From Meiothermus sp. (GTDB lineage: Bacteria; Deinococcota; Deinococci; Deinococcales; Thermaceae), in NCBI GenBank assembly GCA_033762915.1, contig JANRLD010000005.1:8568-72567 (forward strand): 64,000 bases of DNA, in the 5' to 3' direction. The first letter of the stretch is position 1, and each line of letters begins with the position of its first letter. Position numbers and translations under genes: made by a program. Of the stretch, positions 10,401 to 19,847 are shown one piece after another. The notes beneath the pieces were generated by a model that saw only the letters and a program-made list of their open reading frames with translations, was not told where the DNA came from and did not search any database.

Positions 10401-13400
10401 GGCCGGGGCAGCTACCCCGGCACCTGGCTCAGCGGCCGCTACACCAACCTGGGCAAGACCTTCGCGGTTGAAGGCCGGGAAACCCAGGTTAAGTTGAGTA
10501 CGCCGGGCCTAGCGGCGACGCTGACCCCCCAGCAGCTCGAGGCCCGCCTGGAGGGGTTCACCTACAGCGGGGTGGAGGTGTCGGGGGACCTGAAGGGGGC
10601 CTGGTCGGACCTGGCCGCAAACCTGAGCTGGGAAGCTTTGGGGCGCAGCGGACAGCTCGAGGCCACCTACGCGGGGGGCGCGGTGTGGGGGCGGCTGGGG
10701 GGTGCGGTCAGCGGCGAGGTGGGCTGGTCGTCGAGCCAGACCTGGACGGGCAGACTGCAGGTGCCGGAGTACCAGACCTCGCTGGCGCTCTCGGGGCGGG
10801 GCGGCATCCCCACCGTGCAGGTGCAAAGCGAGTACGCCAAGGGCAACGTCACCTATGCCGGCGGCCGCCCCGAGGGTACGCTGAGCCTGGACATCCCGAT
10901 TTCTGGCCTAGGGCGTTTGGTGGGGAGTGCGGACCTGGCCCAGGGGCAAGTCAGCCTCGAGGGCCGGGGGGGCCTGGGCGGAACCCTGCAGGCCCGACTG
11001 CGCGAGGGCTGGGCGCAGCCGACCCGCTGGGAGCTGCAGAGCAACCTGGGGGCGGCGGTCTCGGGGCTGGATCGCCCGGCCCGGCTGGCGGGCACCCTCA
11101 GCTTGGATGCCGCGCCGCTGGCGGTGCGGGGCGAGGCCCGGCTCGAGCTGGGGCAGTACGGGTCGGCCCAGGTGTTTGGACAAGGGGCCGCGCTCGAGGT
11201 GCGGGGCCAGGGGGAGCTGCGCCCGCTGGCGGCTCGAGTGGCCCTCTCGCCGGTGCAGGTGAGCTGGACCTACCGGGGGGCCCTGCCGCGCAACCTGGGC
11301 AACCTGGAGGGGGGCGGCACCTACCCCGGCAATTGGCTGACCGGGCGCTACCAGAATTTCGGCCAGGACCTGAGCCTCGAGGGGCGCGAGACCCAGGTAC
11401 AGGTTTCTGGCAAGGGGATACAGGCCACCCTCACCCCCCAGAGTCTCGAGGCCCGCCTGGACGACTTCAGCTACAGCGGGGTGACGGTCTCGGGCGAAGT
11501 AAAGGGGGGCTGGTCGGACCTCGCGGCCAACCTGGGCTGGGAGTACGGCGAGCGCAGCGGGCAGGTTGAGGCTACCTACTTGGGGGGGGCTGTCAGGGCC
11601 AAACTCGAGGGGGCAGTTCAAGGCGGCATGGGTTTTTCGGCCCGCCAGGAGTGGTCGGGCAACCTGAGTGTTCCCGAGTTCGACGCCACCTTGGCCCTGT
11701 CCGGCCAGGGGGCGATTCCCCGCGTGCAGGTGCAGAGCCCGCTTGCCAGAGGCTCCGTCACCTACGCCAACAACCGACCCGAGGGGCTACTCAACCTCGA
11801 CGTTCCGCTGGGTACGTTGGGGCGCGTTGTGGGCACCGCCGACCTCGGCCAAGGCGCGCTCAGCCTCGAGGGCCGGGGGGGCCTGGGCGGAACCCTGCAG
11901 GCCCGGCTGCGCGAAGGTTGGGCGCAGCCGACCCGCTGGAGCCTCGAGACCGACCTGCGCTCGAGCCTCGGCAACCAGGACCTGGCCTTGCGGGGCCAGT
12001 TCGAGTTCGACGCCGCGCCGCTGGCCCTGCGGGGCAGTGGCCGGGTCAGTTCGCCCGAGTGGGGCAGCCTCCGCCTGCAAGCCGGCGGCAACCGGGTAGA
12101 GGTGCTAGGCGCGGAGGGCCTGGAGGCGCTCAAGGGTCAGGTCCGGTTGAGCCCGCTGCAGGTTCAGTGGGCCTACAGTGGGGCCCTGCCGCGCAACCTG
12201 GGCAGCCTCGAGGCCGGCGGCACCTACCCCGGCGTCTGGGCTCAGGGCCGCTTTAAGTACCCCGGCATCGGGCCGGAACTCACCCTGCGCGGCGAGGACG
12301 ACCGCCTACTGCTGCGCGGCCAGGGCCTCGAGGCCGACCTGACCGCTGGAGGGGTACAGGCCCGCCTGAACAACCTTGACATCTCCGGCGTCAAGCTCTC
12401 GGGCGGCCTCGAGGGGGCCTACACCGACCTGCGAACCGACCTGAACTGGGGTGCCTTCGGGCGCAAGGGCGAGATCAAGGGCAGGTTCGCCGGCAACCGC
12501 CTGAGCGCCGACCTCTCGGGCGACCTTTCAGGCCAACTGAGCTACGCGCTGAGCGGCCAGACCTGGGGCGGGCAGGTCAAGTTCAGGGAGGGTTCGCTCG
12601 AGCTTTCCGGCCAGGGCCAGGCCATCCCCCAGGCCGAGGGCGAGGTGCTGGGCTTCGGGCTACGGCTTCGTTACCCGGTGCTCGAGGTGGCCCCCGACCG
12701 CGCCCAGCTCGACGCGCCCCGCCCCATCAGCTCGAGGCAGGGCAACCTGACCATCGACGTGGCCCGCCGCGATGCCAGCGGCATCATGGGGGTGCGCAGC
12801 GTGGAGGTGCGGGGCCAGGGCCGTACCCTCGAGGCCGTCTACCCCTTCGCGGGCGGGCGGCTGGTGGTGGACTTGGACCTGCAGAACTTCAACCTGCGGG
12901 TCTCCGCGCCTGCGCTGGGCCGGGGCGACCTGCGCTACGAGCGGGGCCAGCTCTCGGGCAGGCTCGACCTCGACGCCTTCAACCTCCAGACTGTCATCGA
13001 GGGCGGTGGCAGCCAGGCCAGGGTGTCGGTGCGCCACCCCGCCACCGACTGGCTGCCCTGGAAGGGCGGCAGCCTGACTGGCGGGGTGCGGCTGGACGGC
13101 AGTTGGAGCTTGTCGTACCGCGACGACGATGAGAAGCAGACCGTGGAGGCCGATGGGCGGCTGCTCGAGGGCCAGATCAGGGCTGCCGGGGATTGGATCA
13201 AGGGCCGGCTGGCCTACGGCCAGGCCAGCGGTCTGTGGGCGGGCGACCTGAGCCTAGACCTGCCGCTGGCCCCCATCACCAGCCGCTTGAGTCTGAACGT
13301 GCAGGGCGGGGCGGCGTTGCAGGCCGAGGGCGCGGTGAGTGGCGGGCTGGGCAACATTGCCCTCAGCGCCCGGGTCGAGCGGGGCCGCACCGACGCCCGC

Positions 13401-15632
13401 GCCCGCTTCAACGACCTGCTGATCCAGGAGGTGCCCTACCTGTCGGAGCGGGTGGCCTTCCTGCGCGGGCGGGCCAGCGGCGAGGTGCAGCTCGACGGCA
13501 CCACCCTGCGCTTCGCCGCCAGCAGCCCGTCGCTGGGCGTGGTGGGGGACAGCTTGGCTTTGGCCGCCAGGGTAAGCGGGGCCCTGGACGGCGGGGTGCT
13601 CAAGGCCAACCTCAGCCTCGAGCGACCCCGCGCGCCCGAACTCAGCCCCAGCCCCAGCGTGGCCTCCAACCGCACCACCGCCACTGTCCAGTTCAAGGAC
13701 GGCCTCTTCAGCGGCGAGGCCAGTGCGGCTTCCTTCCCGCTGCACTGGCTGTTCTCTAGTTGGGGTGGCGACGTACAGGGCGAGGCCTTCTGGACTGGCA
13801 AGCTGGCCTTCAGCTACAACACCGCCAATCCCTGGGCTTCCAAGGGCAGCTTTGTGGGCGAGCGCATGCGATTTGTGGGCGGCGGCGACGAGCTAACCGG
13901 TCAGTCGGTGCTGCGCTACGAGGGGGAGCGCTTCTACATAGACCAGCTCAGCCTCAGCGGCAAGGGCACCTGGCGCGGCGGTGGATACTGGGGGCGCAAG
14001 GGCAGCGACCTCAGGCTCGACCTCGAGAACACCGTCTTCACCCCGGTCTTGCAGGTGATCCCCCAACTCCGGGCCTACTCGCCGGAGGGCAGCGGGACAG
14101 TGCGCCTTACCTCCACCGGGCAGGTCTTCGACCTGGTGGCCGAGAACTTTAACTTTAAGCTGGGGCCGGTGCGCGCCGAGACCCCGAGGGTGCGCCTGCG
14201 GGCCGCCGACAGCGTGATCGCCGAGGGCCGTCTCAGGCTCACCGCCCCCTATCCCGCCGAGGCCGAGCTGTCTGGAGAGGGCAACCTGCAAGCCTTCACG
14301 GTGCGGGCCAGGGGCACCGGCAACGTTCCCTTGCTGAGCCCTAACGAGGCCTTCAGCGCCAGCTTCTCCTTCCCCGGCTACGTCCTCGACGCCTCCCTCG
14401 ACCGTCAACTGGGCGACCAGCCGACCCGTCTCCAGGGCTCGCTGTTCCCCACCTTGGCCCTCTCGCTCACCGGGCCGGTGCCGGTGGCCTACCCGCAGTA
14501 CTACCTGCTCGACGGGCTGGTGGACTCTAACCTGACCCTGCGCTACCAGCGCGGGGTCTACATAATCTCCGGGGCCGCCAGCGTGATCCGCGGGCGCTTG
14601 GGCTTCCCTGAAGGTCAGCGCGAGGTGACGCTGCCCGCCCCCGTGACCGGCACACCCAACCCGGCCCAGGCCAACGCCGTGCCCGTGGAGTATCAGAACC
14701 TGCTGATCAGCGCCGAGCGCGGCATCACCATCCAGGAGTCGCTGGCCCAGGGCGAGCTGGCTGGGCAGATCTTCCTCAACGGCGACTTCGCCAACCCCTT
14801 CCTATCCGGCGAGGTTGTGCCGCTGCGCGGGGGCTTCCGGCTGCTCAACCAGGAGTTCACCATCCGCGACAAGCTGCCCATCGGCCTCGCCCCCGAGATT
14901 CTGGCCCGCCTGCAAAACCGCACCCGGAGCGCTGCCACCTTCAGCCCGGCTTCGGGCCTGCTGCCCGAGATCGTGATCCTGGCCGATGCCAAAGTGCTCA
15001 ACCGGGCCAACAACCGCCAGACCGACGTGTACTTGGCCCTGCGCGGCGAATTCCTGCGGCAAAACGGGCGCATTAAGGTCAACCTCGAGCCCATCCTGGC
15101 TGCCTATGGCGATGGCACCGAGCTGCTGTCCACCGAGCAAATCTACGCCCTCCTGGTGCTGGGCCGCTCCGACGCCTCGGCCATTCCTGCAGAGCTGGCC
15201 CAGACCGGCCTCCAGGCCGCCGTGCAGAGCTTTATCATCGGGCAGATCGAGCGCGAGCTGGCCAAGGCGCTGGGCCTGGATCAGGTGCGGGTAGAGATTC
15301 CCGCGCTGGGCGGCGGTGGCAAGGTCGAGGAGACCCGCTTCACCTTCGGGCGCTACATCTCGCCCGAGCTGTTCCTGGCCGGCAGCATAGACCTGCGCGG
15401 CTACACCAACTTCAGCGCCGAGTACCAGCCGGGCGACTTCCGCATCCGCAGCTCGACCATCTTCGCCCCCAACTTCCTGCAAGAGCTATCGCTGGGCTAT
15501 GTATTCCGCCCCTTCGGCCTCGACGGCGACTTAACCGTCAACCTGAGTGCCGGCGACCTCTCGAGCGGCCTCCCCGAGCAGGGCCGACGCGACGGGTTCA
15601 GGCTAAGCCTGGGCTTCAACTTGAGGTATTGA
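4461..15632 (+). CDS. tamB: Giant TamB/AsmA-like (DUF490-type) envelope protein, 3723 aa
   Basis: N-terminal hydrophobic anchor, Gly/Leu-rich beta-strand pattern throughout, C-terminal 'ERELAKALGLDQVRV...FTFGRYISPELFL' typical of the TamB C-terminus. Confidence 0.8.
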   Translation: MRFLRWVPLFLLLLLVGLPAFPPLIDFALRKGLEAAGFKGEWRTAGGYLLAGVELRGAKLEGAGLSLEAERVRVGYNLIRLFWRELPLRIQAADGVVRLKWDTVIPTQPAAPPSGPAPFELRIDELALQDVRAELGESRNFFLPTIRATVRGTGPYNVTAQLPEGRLEGTVERTGRQFEAWKIQAKGDVRAARYWFQGIEGGQLAGTWTIDSEGIRGENQIRGGVVTLPGPVPIREVYGPVSFDGNLVTANLVGRVFGGTAKGAGTVDIRAQEYRFRVEGNATLGALAKNWNLNLPIEGGGPVVVEGRGWQNLTLSGRYSGQGELLGEPLSYEGTLGFDKIFKLDTLVDGGLFDRTFNASVAVRNTRYTVGLLDSLGSRLRLSGEAADTTGSGTLTLPRPLEGQARVAFSSRGPRWEAQINSENVELPAALPFSLTGALRGDGASVSGRLGAVDLSGRWDDLQLRLSGLPMVVGQASGQATLKNGRFAGDFAYDSPYANFPVAVRQDGPVWRLNNRWAQGRFEQGIFTLDVAELPLQVVEPMRLSGRVRYEEGKLSGGWDLQGQQFVSARGELYDLASRFTGTLKTPLGNLPLGGTVDSADPTVLRSRLSTLDITYRAAEGLRIRGPLELGFIQGRSDLTLKDTRWSGQATAETPWLQARLEGRGSQLYATSTGYALMSGPVYPKTRLKGRLNLPLSGAVEVEAVPLELTLRGVSWPTGRAQFVGGLPFEGSLPVRILGQAGRLSAKGNLERATLRLTSPLASLSAEGPLRDLPITGTLNYAGYAGTFRGRADLFRAAYQGQLEVPGLEGAASFQGRAADLTYTGEFQQGRLRASGRYRYVAGDPLAGLQLRLEADRYDTTRWGLPAVLSGVWSQRGGRLQLKTKPGAPLQVSASLQGSALLEARALEVVSDYVTLRGSASLQNINLRGELEVPYLSGDLSVLGSPQRLQLSARGRYQLPYLAPAAWRFNADVNSQRWELTGPLALNGRGLRYSGVVSWPYSLQGREGILTGSLQGESLNLGGNLRTTYGGLPLSAAVIARGADLAKLEATLRLPEGQIRIAGKQARLDLETREIAKLFGADVRGRVRGELDLSQLPDLQALIEQGGQGRLEGALLVSGQEVELSYRDRVLEAVLPAYQVGLKADLGREVRLTGLKNLDGVLMVGRGLSGSMAYKAGGLELQTRWAGTPQRPSVQVAGQTAAGKLQGSLNYVLAEARGVGGVRLESPYASATLTLNTNGTRYQATGSLESLQYLKQRGEVRLGGEGTAWNLAWSAPMRLEARGRGAELERVGLSGRGLLEVAGRGFDLAGELDVVGDQFAGRMSARGEQVALELRGQDSLLNVGGTAFDAEVAATLSRAGRLGGSLRYSRDLAANRLRLVANLSGTLLRPELEGTGVVQGDGAVINLRYGFKEQLYARASGEGIRAELQGSVLELNLDADLKPFVGQALRLKTAGKGEWAGLSLPLQLTGVVAGQPVEASGEAAPARLEASLRGTVERQGFSAVYRQGLTVDLLGGYATGQVRLKNSLESLEGLVNLDLPLGSYGRLVGQADLAKGTVALQGQEGIGGSLAGQLREGWAQPTKWNLQSDLSAEFPGLSEPPRLAGAFELDAAPLAVRGSGRLELAPYGTLQLNAVGGAVEARGQGELRPLLARVQLAPTQATWSFRGELPRGLGRLDARGAYPGTWITGRYENLGKAFGLEGRETRLSVVGEGVQAVLTPQELQASLRGFTYGGVELTGSVAGAWSALAANLNWAAFERKGQLEATYTEGNLRGRLDGAVKGSLGWSSAQVWSGSLRIPEFETDLALSGQGTIPKVRLQNQYASGTLTYAGGRPEGVLNLDFPVASIGRLFGQADLTRGSVRLQGREGLSGTLNAQLREGWAQPTRWSLETTLMLRQTGLDEPARLSGKIELDASPLAVRGDARLELAQYGALGLRGGGGSVAVGGLGELRPLSAQVRLSPLQVGWTYSGPLPRNLGELVGRGSYPGTWLSGRYTNLGKTFAVEGRETQVKLSTPGLAATLTPQQLEARLEGFTYSGVEVSGDLKGAWSDLAANLSWEALGRSGQLEATYAGGAVWGRLGGAVSGEVGWSSSQTWTGRLQVPEYQTSLALSGRGGIPTVQVQSEYAKGNVTYAGGRPEGTLSLDIPISGLGRLVGSADLAQGQVSLEGRGGLGGTLQARLREGWAQPTRWELQSNLGAAVSGLDRPARLAGTLSLDAAPLAVRGEARLELGQYGSAQVFGQGAALEVRGQGELRPLAARVALSPVQVSWTYRGALPRNLGNLEGGGTYPGNWLTGRYQNFGQDLSLEGRETQVQVSGKGIQATLTPQSLEARLDDFSYSGVTVSGEVKGGWSDLAANLGWEYGERSGQVEATYLGGAVRAKLEGAVQGGMGFSARQEWSGNLSVPEFDATLALSGQGAIPRVQVQSPLARGSVTYANNRPEGLLNLDVPLGTLGRVVGTADLGQGALSLEGRGGLGGTLQARLREGWAQPTRWSLETDLRSSLGNQDLALRGQFEFDAAPLALRGSGRVSSPEWGSLRLQAGGNRVEVLGAEGLEALKGQVRLSPLQVQWAYSGALPRNLGSLEAGGTYPGVWAQGRFKYPGIGPELTLRGEDDRLLLRGQGLEADLTAGGVQARLNNLDISGVKLSGGLEGAYTDLRTDLNWGAFGRKGEIKGRFAGNRLSADLSGDLSGQLSYALSGQTWGGQVKFREGSLELSGQGQAIPQAEGEVLGFGLRLRYPVLEVAPDRAQLDAPRPISSRQGNLTIDVARRDASGIMGVRSVEVRGQGRTLEAVYPFAGGRLVVDLDLQNFNLRVSAPALGRGDLRYERGQLSGRLDLDAFNLQTVIEGGGSQARVSVRHPATDWLPWKGGSLTGGVRLDGSWSLSYRDDDEKQTVEADGRLLEGQIRAAGDWIKGRLAYGQASGLWAGDLSLDLPLAPITSRLSLNVQGGAALQAEGAVSGGLGNIALSARVERGRTDARARFNDLLIQEVPYLSERVAFLRGRASGEVQLDGTTLRFAASSPSLGVVGDSLALAARVSGALDGGVLKANLSLERPRAPELSPSPSVASNRTTATVQFKDGLFSGEASAASFPLHWLFSSWGGDVQGEAFWTGKLAFSYNTANPWASKGSFVGERMRFVGGGDELTGQSVLRYEGERFYIDQLSLSGKGTWRGGGYWGRKGSDLRLDLENTVFTPVLQVIPQLRAYSPEGSGTVRLTSTGQVFDLVAENFNFKLGPVRAETPRVRLRAADSVIAEGRLRLTAPYPAEAELSGEGNLQAFTVRARGTGNVPLLSPNEAFSASFSFPGYVLDASLDRQLGDQPTRLQGSLFPTLALSLTGPVPVAYPQYYLLDGLVDSNLTLRYQRGVYIISGAASVIRGRLGFPEGQREVTLPAPVTGTPNPAQANAVPVEYQNLLISAERGITIQESLAQGELAGQIFLNGDFANPFLSGEVVPLRGGFRLLNQEFTIRDKLPIGLAPEILARLQNRTRSAATFSPASGLLPEIVILADAKVLNRANNRQTDVYLALRGEFLRQNGRIKVNLEPILAAYGDGTELLSTEQIYALLVLGRSDASAIPAELAQTGLQAAVQSFIIGQIERELAKALGLDQVRVEIPALGGGGKVEETRFTFGRYISPELFLAGSIDLRGYTNFSAEYQPGDFRIRSSTIFAPNFLQELSLGYVFRPFGLDGDLTVNLSAGDLSSGLPEQGRRDGFRLSLGFNLRY
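9010..12600 (+). repeat. Four tandem 909-bp (303-aa) coding repeats inside tamB
   Basis: LREGWAQPT(K/R)W begins at 9180, 10089, 10998 and 11907. Outer boundaries are approximate. Confidence 0.92.
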
Positions 15633-15710
15633 GGCGGTGAGCGGTGAGCTTTGGGCTGCTACTTGTAACCTCATTGCTTGAGGGAGTTGTTGATCCTTTG
15701 GGAGTTGTCA

Positions 15711-15799
15711 TCGCGTTTCCCACCCTTACCTCCCTCGCAGCGGCAGGCAATGTACCCCCTACAGTAAAACCCCTGCAGGGGTATGCGTGGGAACCGCTC
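15711..15799 (+). mobile_element. MITE-like element copy flanked by TCA direct repeats
   Basis: TCA|TCGCGTTTCCCA...GTATGCGTGGGAACCGCTC|TCA. Confidence 0.75.
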
Positions 15800-15889
15800 T
15801 CAGACGGTTCCAAAATGCCTCCGGTATCCCAAATAGTATTGCAGGAAAGCTCCCGGGCAGTTTGGTAGGTTGGGCAGTTTAGGACCACT

Positions 15890-15936
15890 TTGAATTCGCG
15901 CCGCCTCGAGCTATACTCTCGCCTAACGAGCGTTAG
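15890..15936 (+). promoter_or_regulatory. paa promoter (TTGAAT-16-TATACT) with a PaaR-type operator CTAACGAGCGTTAG at 15923-15936
   Basis: Fits the Thermus thermophilus PaaR (TetR family) consensus CNAACGNNCGTTNG and lies between the -10 box and the GGAGG RBS of paaA. Confidence 0.8.
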
Positions 15937-15959
15937 TTTGTTTTTGGAGGGAACCCAGC

Positions 15960-16925
15960 ATGACCAGCAAGTTTGGCCTGCCCACCGACCCCGACTACCC
16001 CCAGCGCCTGCAGGCCTTCGAGGCCCGCATCGAGCGGGGCGAGAAGATCGAGCCCGGCGACTGGATGCCCGAGGAGTACCGCCGCCAGCTCGTCCGCATG
16101 ATTTCCCAGCACGCCCACTCCGAGGTGGTGGGGATGCTGCCGGAGGGGGCCTGGATTAGCCGTGCCCCGTCCCTCAAGCGCAAGATGATACTCATCGCCA
16201 AGGTGCAAGACGAGGCCGGGCACGGCCAGTACCTCTACCACGCCGCCGAGACCCTGGGCGTGACCCGCGAGGCCATGCTCGAGGCGCTTCTCGCTGGCCG
16301 GGCCAAGTACAGCTCGATCTTCAACTATCCCACCCTGACCTGGGCCGACATCGGCACCATCGGGTGGCTGGTGGACGGTGCGGCCATCAAGAACCAGACC
16401 ATGCTGGCGGCCTGCTCCTATGGCCCTTACAGCCGGGCCATGGTGCGCATCTGCGCCGAGGAGACTTTCCACCACAAGCAGGGCAAGGAGATGGTGCTGC
16501 TCTACGCCAAGGGCACGCCGCGCCAGCGCCAGACCGCCCAGGACGCCATCAACCGCTGGTGGTGGCCCGCCCTGATGATGATGGGGCCGCACGACGCCGA
16601 CAGCCCCAACTCGAGCGTGCTGACCAAGTGGGGCGTCAAGACCAAGTCCAACGACACCGTTCGCCAGGAGTTCATCAACGAGCACGCGCCCGAAATCCTG
16701 GACGCTGGCCTTACCCTTCCCGACCCCGACCTGCACCAGGACGCCCAGGGCAACTGGAAGCACGGCCCCATCAACTGGGACGAGTTCTGGGCTGTGGTGC
16801 GCGGCGAGGGCCCGATGGGCCGCGAGCGGCTGGAGGCCCGCCGCAAGGCCCACGACGAGGGGGCTTGGGTGCGGAAGGCGCTCGAGGCCTACGCGGCAAA
16901 GCGGCAAGAGGCGATAGCCGTTTAG
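15960..16925 (+). CDS. paaA: Phenylacetyl-CoA epoxidase subunit A
   Basis: [23 protein letters not shown] and RWWWPALMM motifs. Confidence 0.95.
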   Translation: MTSKFGLPTDPDYPQRLQAFEARIERGEKIEPGDWMPEEYRRQLVRMISQHAHSEVVGMLPEGAWISRAPSLKRKMILIAKVQDEAGHGQYLYHAAETLGVTREAMLEALLAGRAKYSSIFNYPTLTWADIGTIGWLVDGAAIKNQTMLAACSYGPYSRAMVRICAEETFHHKQGKEMVLLYAKGTPRQRQTAQDAINRWWWPALMMMGPHDADSPNSSVLTKWGVKTKSNDTVRQEFINEHAPEILDAGLTLPDPDLHQDAQGNWKHGPINWDEFWAVVRGEGPMGRERLEARRKAHDEGAWVRKALEAYAAKRQEAIAV

Positions 16926-16986
16926 GGGAAGAGAGGGGACGGAGAGCCAAGCTCGCCCCCGCTTCCCTCCCGCCTCTCGAGGTGTT

Positions 16987-17559
16987 ATGGACACACAGTT
17001 GCCCCGCTGGGAAGTCTTTAAGCAAGACACCTATTCCAGGCCCCACCAAGCCGTGGGGTCGGTTCACGCTGCCGACCCCGCTCACGCCCTGCTGACCGCG
17101 CGCAACGTTTTCGCCCGCCGCCCGCTGGCGGTGAGCATGTGGGTGGCCCTAGCGGAGGACATCCACGCTTGGACCAAGGAAGAGGTCGAGGGTGAGGAGT
17201 TTAGGGCCCAGGGCCATAAGCGCCCGGCTCCCGACACCCGAACCCGGGCCTTCTGTGTCTTCCGCAAAACCACCCACAAACGCTCCATGACCTTCGTCGA
17301 CTATGTGGGCGAGCTCGAGGCGTCCTCGCCGGAGGAGGCCCTCGAGCTGGCGCGAGGGCGCTTTGCCGAGGTTGAGGCGCTGGCCTGGTGGGTGGTGCCC
17401 GCCGACAAGCTGGTGAGGAGCGAGGCGGGCGAGGAGGTCGTGGAGAGCTGGTTCGCGCCCGCCAGGGACAAGACCTACAAGCAGCAGCAGTTCTACGCGA
17501 CGGTGGGCTCGCACGTCTCCAAGCACAAGGCGGCCAAGGCGGCGGATGATGAATACTGA
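16987..17559 (+). CDS. paaB: Phenylacetyl-CoA epoxidase subunit B, long form with a duplicated domain
   Basis: WEVF...[22 protein letters not shown]...SMWV, followed by a second similar half. Confidence 0.85.
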   Translation: MDTQLPRWEVFKQDTYSRPHQAVGSVHAADPAHALLTARNVFARRPLAVSMWVALAEDIHAWTKEEVEGEEFRAQGHKRPAPDTRTRAFCVFRKTTHKRSMTFVDYVGELEASSPEEALELARGRFAEVEALAWWVVPADKLVRSEAGEEVVESWFAPARDKTYKQQQFYATVGSHVSKHKAAKAADDEY

Positions 17560-18307
17560 ACTCAAGGAGGCCCTGATCGCCAAACTCACCGCGCTGGCCG
17601 ACGACGAGCTAATTCTGTCGCACCGGCTGGCCGGGTGGACGGGGCACGCGCCCCTCCTGGAGGAGGACATCGCCCTGGCCAACATGGCCCAAGACGAGCT
17701 GGGTCACGCCACGGTGTGGCTCGAGCTGCGCCGCGCCCTCGACGGCAGCGATCCCGACCGGCTGGCCTTCTTCCGCGACGCCTCGGAGTTCCGCAATTGC
17801 GAGCTGCTCGAGCTGCCCAAGGGCGACTGGGCCTTCACCATGTTGCGCCAGTACCTCTTCGACGTGTACGAGGGGCTTTGGCTCCAGGCGGCGCAGGTCT
17901 CGAGCTACCCGCCCCTGGCCGAGGCCGCCGCTAAAGTCGTCCGCGAGGAGCGCTTCCACATCCAGCACACCCAGACCTGGGTGGAGCGGCTGGGGCTGGG
18001 CACCAAAGAGTCGCACCAGCGGGCGCAGGAGGCCCTGACGGTGCTGTGGCCCTACGCCCAGCAGCTCTTTGCGCCGGAGGCGGGCGAGGATCGGCTGGTG
18101 GCGGAGGGGGTGGTGCCCGACCTCGAGGCGATCCGGGAGCGCTGGCTGGAGATCACGGGCCGCCACCTGCGGGCCAGCGGCCTCGAGCCGCCCCCGCTCG
18201 ACGCCTACGTCCCCCGGAGCCGCCAGCGGCACACCGAGCACCTCTGGAGCCTGCTGGCCGAGATGCAGTCGGTCGCCCGCTGGGACGCCGAGGCCAGGAC
18301 CTGGTAG
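17546..18307 (+). CDS. paaC: Phenylacetyl-CoA epoxidase subunit C
   Basis: [12 protein letters not shown]...[21 protein letters not shown] and GHTEHL-like/LAEMQS motifs. Confidence 0.95.
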   Translation: MMNTELKEALIAKLTALADDELILSHRLAGWTGHAPLLEEDIALANMAQDELGHATVWLELRRALDGSDPDRLAFFRDASEFRNCELLELPKGDWAFTMLRQYLFDVYEGLWLQAAQVSSYPPLAEAAAKVVREERFHIQHTQTWVERLGLGTKESHQRAQEALTVLWPYAQQLFAPEAGEDRLVAEGVVPDLEAIRERWLEITGRHLRASGLEPPPLDAYVPRSRQRHTEHLWSLLAEMQSVARWDAEARTW

Positions 18308-18491
18308 CGGGCTTGCGCCGCTTCATGGGCTGGCTCCATCCGTGCCGACCTGCGAACGCGGCGGGGGACGGACTTCGGCCCCAGGGTATGCGCCGATTTG
18401 AGGCCAAGCTCCGCCGTACGCGCAAGACGGCTTCGCCTTCACCCGCCATCGGTTTACCGGCGTTTGTTACATCAGAGTTCTGAGGGTTCAT

Positions 18492-18989
18492 ATGGTCTCG
18501 TCAGTCTCGAGCAAACAGCTTTGGAGCGTACTCTCCGAAATCCCCGACCCCGAGATTCCGGTGGTTAACGTGGTCGAGATGGGAATTGTGCGCGACGTGC
18601 AGGTGAGCGGGGGGAAGGCCACCATCACCATGACCCCCACCTTCTCCGGCTGCCCGGCCCTGGCGGCGATCCGGGAGAGCCTCGAGGCCGCCGCCCGGCA
18701 GCAGGGCTTCGCCGAGGTGGAGGTCCGGACAGTGCTTTCACCGCCCTGGAGCACCGACTGGATTACCCCGGAGGCCAGGGTCAAACTCGAGCGCTACGGC
18801 ATCGCCCCGCCCAAGCCCCGGCGGGACGGCGACCTGTTCTTGATCCAAATTGAGCACTCCCCGACCCGCTGTCCCAAGTGCGGCTCGCTTAACACCAGCG
18901 TGAAGAACACTTTCGGCCCGACCCTGTGCAAAAGCATTCACGTCTGCAACGCCTGCCTCGAGCCCTTCGAGTCGTTCAAGGCTGTGTGA
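18492..18989 (+). CDS. paaD: Phenylacetyl-CoA epoxidase subunit D (PaaD/PaaJ)
   Basis: DPEIPV, TPTFSGCPA, PPWSTDW and CPKC...C...CNACLEPF motifs. Confidence 0.95.
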   Translation: MVSSVSSKQLWSVLSEIPDPEIPVVNVVEMGIVRDVQVSGGKATITMTPTFSGCPALAAIRESLEAAARQQGFAEVEVRTVLSPPWSTDWITPEARVKLERYGIAPPKPRRDGDLFLIQIEHSPTRCPKCGSLNTSVKNTFGPTLCKSIHVCNACLEPFESFKAV

Positions 18990-19068
18990 GCCGGGTTGGG
19001 TCAAATGTAACTCAAACTTAACCTGCTTCCCCATATACTGCCTTTCGGTACTACAAAGGAGGTCGTCT

Positions 19069-19692
19069 ATGAAACGCAGCGCGGTAGTGGGTGGGCTTTG
19101 TGCGTTGTTTCTGGCGGGGTGCGGCGCGGGCTTGGTCAAGGTTCCCGTAACTAACCCCCTGGGCTTGCAGGGCAAGAGCACCACTGTGACGCTGGGTGCG
19201 GTCGCGGCCACTGGAGTGGGTGCGCAGGTGCTGGCCCAGGCCAACATCAGCCTGGCCCCCAACTCGACGTTCGACGACATCAGCTTTGACCTGCCCTTGA
19301 GCCCCACCAGCCTCAACACCAAGCTTGAAATCAGCGGCGTGTCCTTCGGAGCGGGTTGCCCGGCAACTCAGCCCAACCCCATCGCCGTCACCATCAGCAA
19401 CCTCAACATCTCCGTTTCGGACACCGCCAACGGCTCGCCCCGCAGCGCCAGCGCCAGCGCCTCGAGCATCAAGTTCAACATCGGGGCTGCCGGGGCTGTC
19501 AGCGGGCTGACCGGCAACAACCTGACCGTCTCCAACCTGTCCACCTTCGTCAACATCATCCGCCAGAGCGGGGCCAACACCCCCAATGCCCTGACCATGA
19601 GCGGCACCATCCAGACCGACAGCACCCCCGGACTGGCGGGCTGCACCATCACCATCAACTGGTCGGGCGGCTCAGGCGAGTTGGCCTTCTAA
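19069..19692 (+). CDS. Uncharacterised lipoprotein (paralog 1)
   Basis: AAGGAGG RBS, lipobox LAGC, Ser/Thr/Asn-rich beta pattern. Confidence 0.8.
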   Translation: MKRSAVVGGLCALFLAGCGAGLVKVPVTNPLGLQGKSTTVTLGAVAATGVGAQVLAQANISLAPNSTFDDISFDLPLSPTSLNTKLEISGVSFGAGCPATQPNPIAVTISNLNISVSDTANGSPRSASASASSIKFNIGAAGAVSGLTGNNLTVSNLSTFVNIIRQSGANTPNALTMSGTIQTDSTPGLAGCTITINWSGGSGELAF

Positions 19693-19709
19693 GCCTTAGG
19701 TCTACCTTG

Positions 19710-19736
19710 GGGCGGCTCGAAACTGAGCCGCCCTTT
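19710..19736 (+). terminator. Putative intrinsic terminator
   Basis: GGGCGGCTC-GAAACT-GAGCCGCCC followed by TTT. Confidence 0.55.
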
Positions 19737-19847
19737 GCCTTGCAGCTGTAACGCTCGAGCCGTTATTTGAGTTCACCCTCGAGTCGGTGTTACGCGCTTC
19801 TGGCCTACCATGGCCTGGCAGTACCCATACGTACCCAAGGAGCGTGT

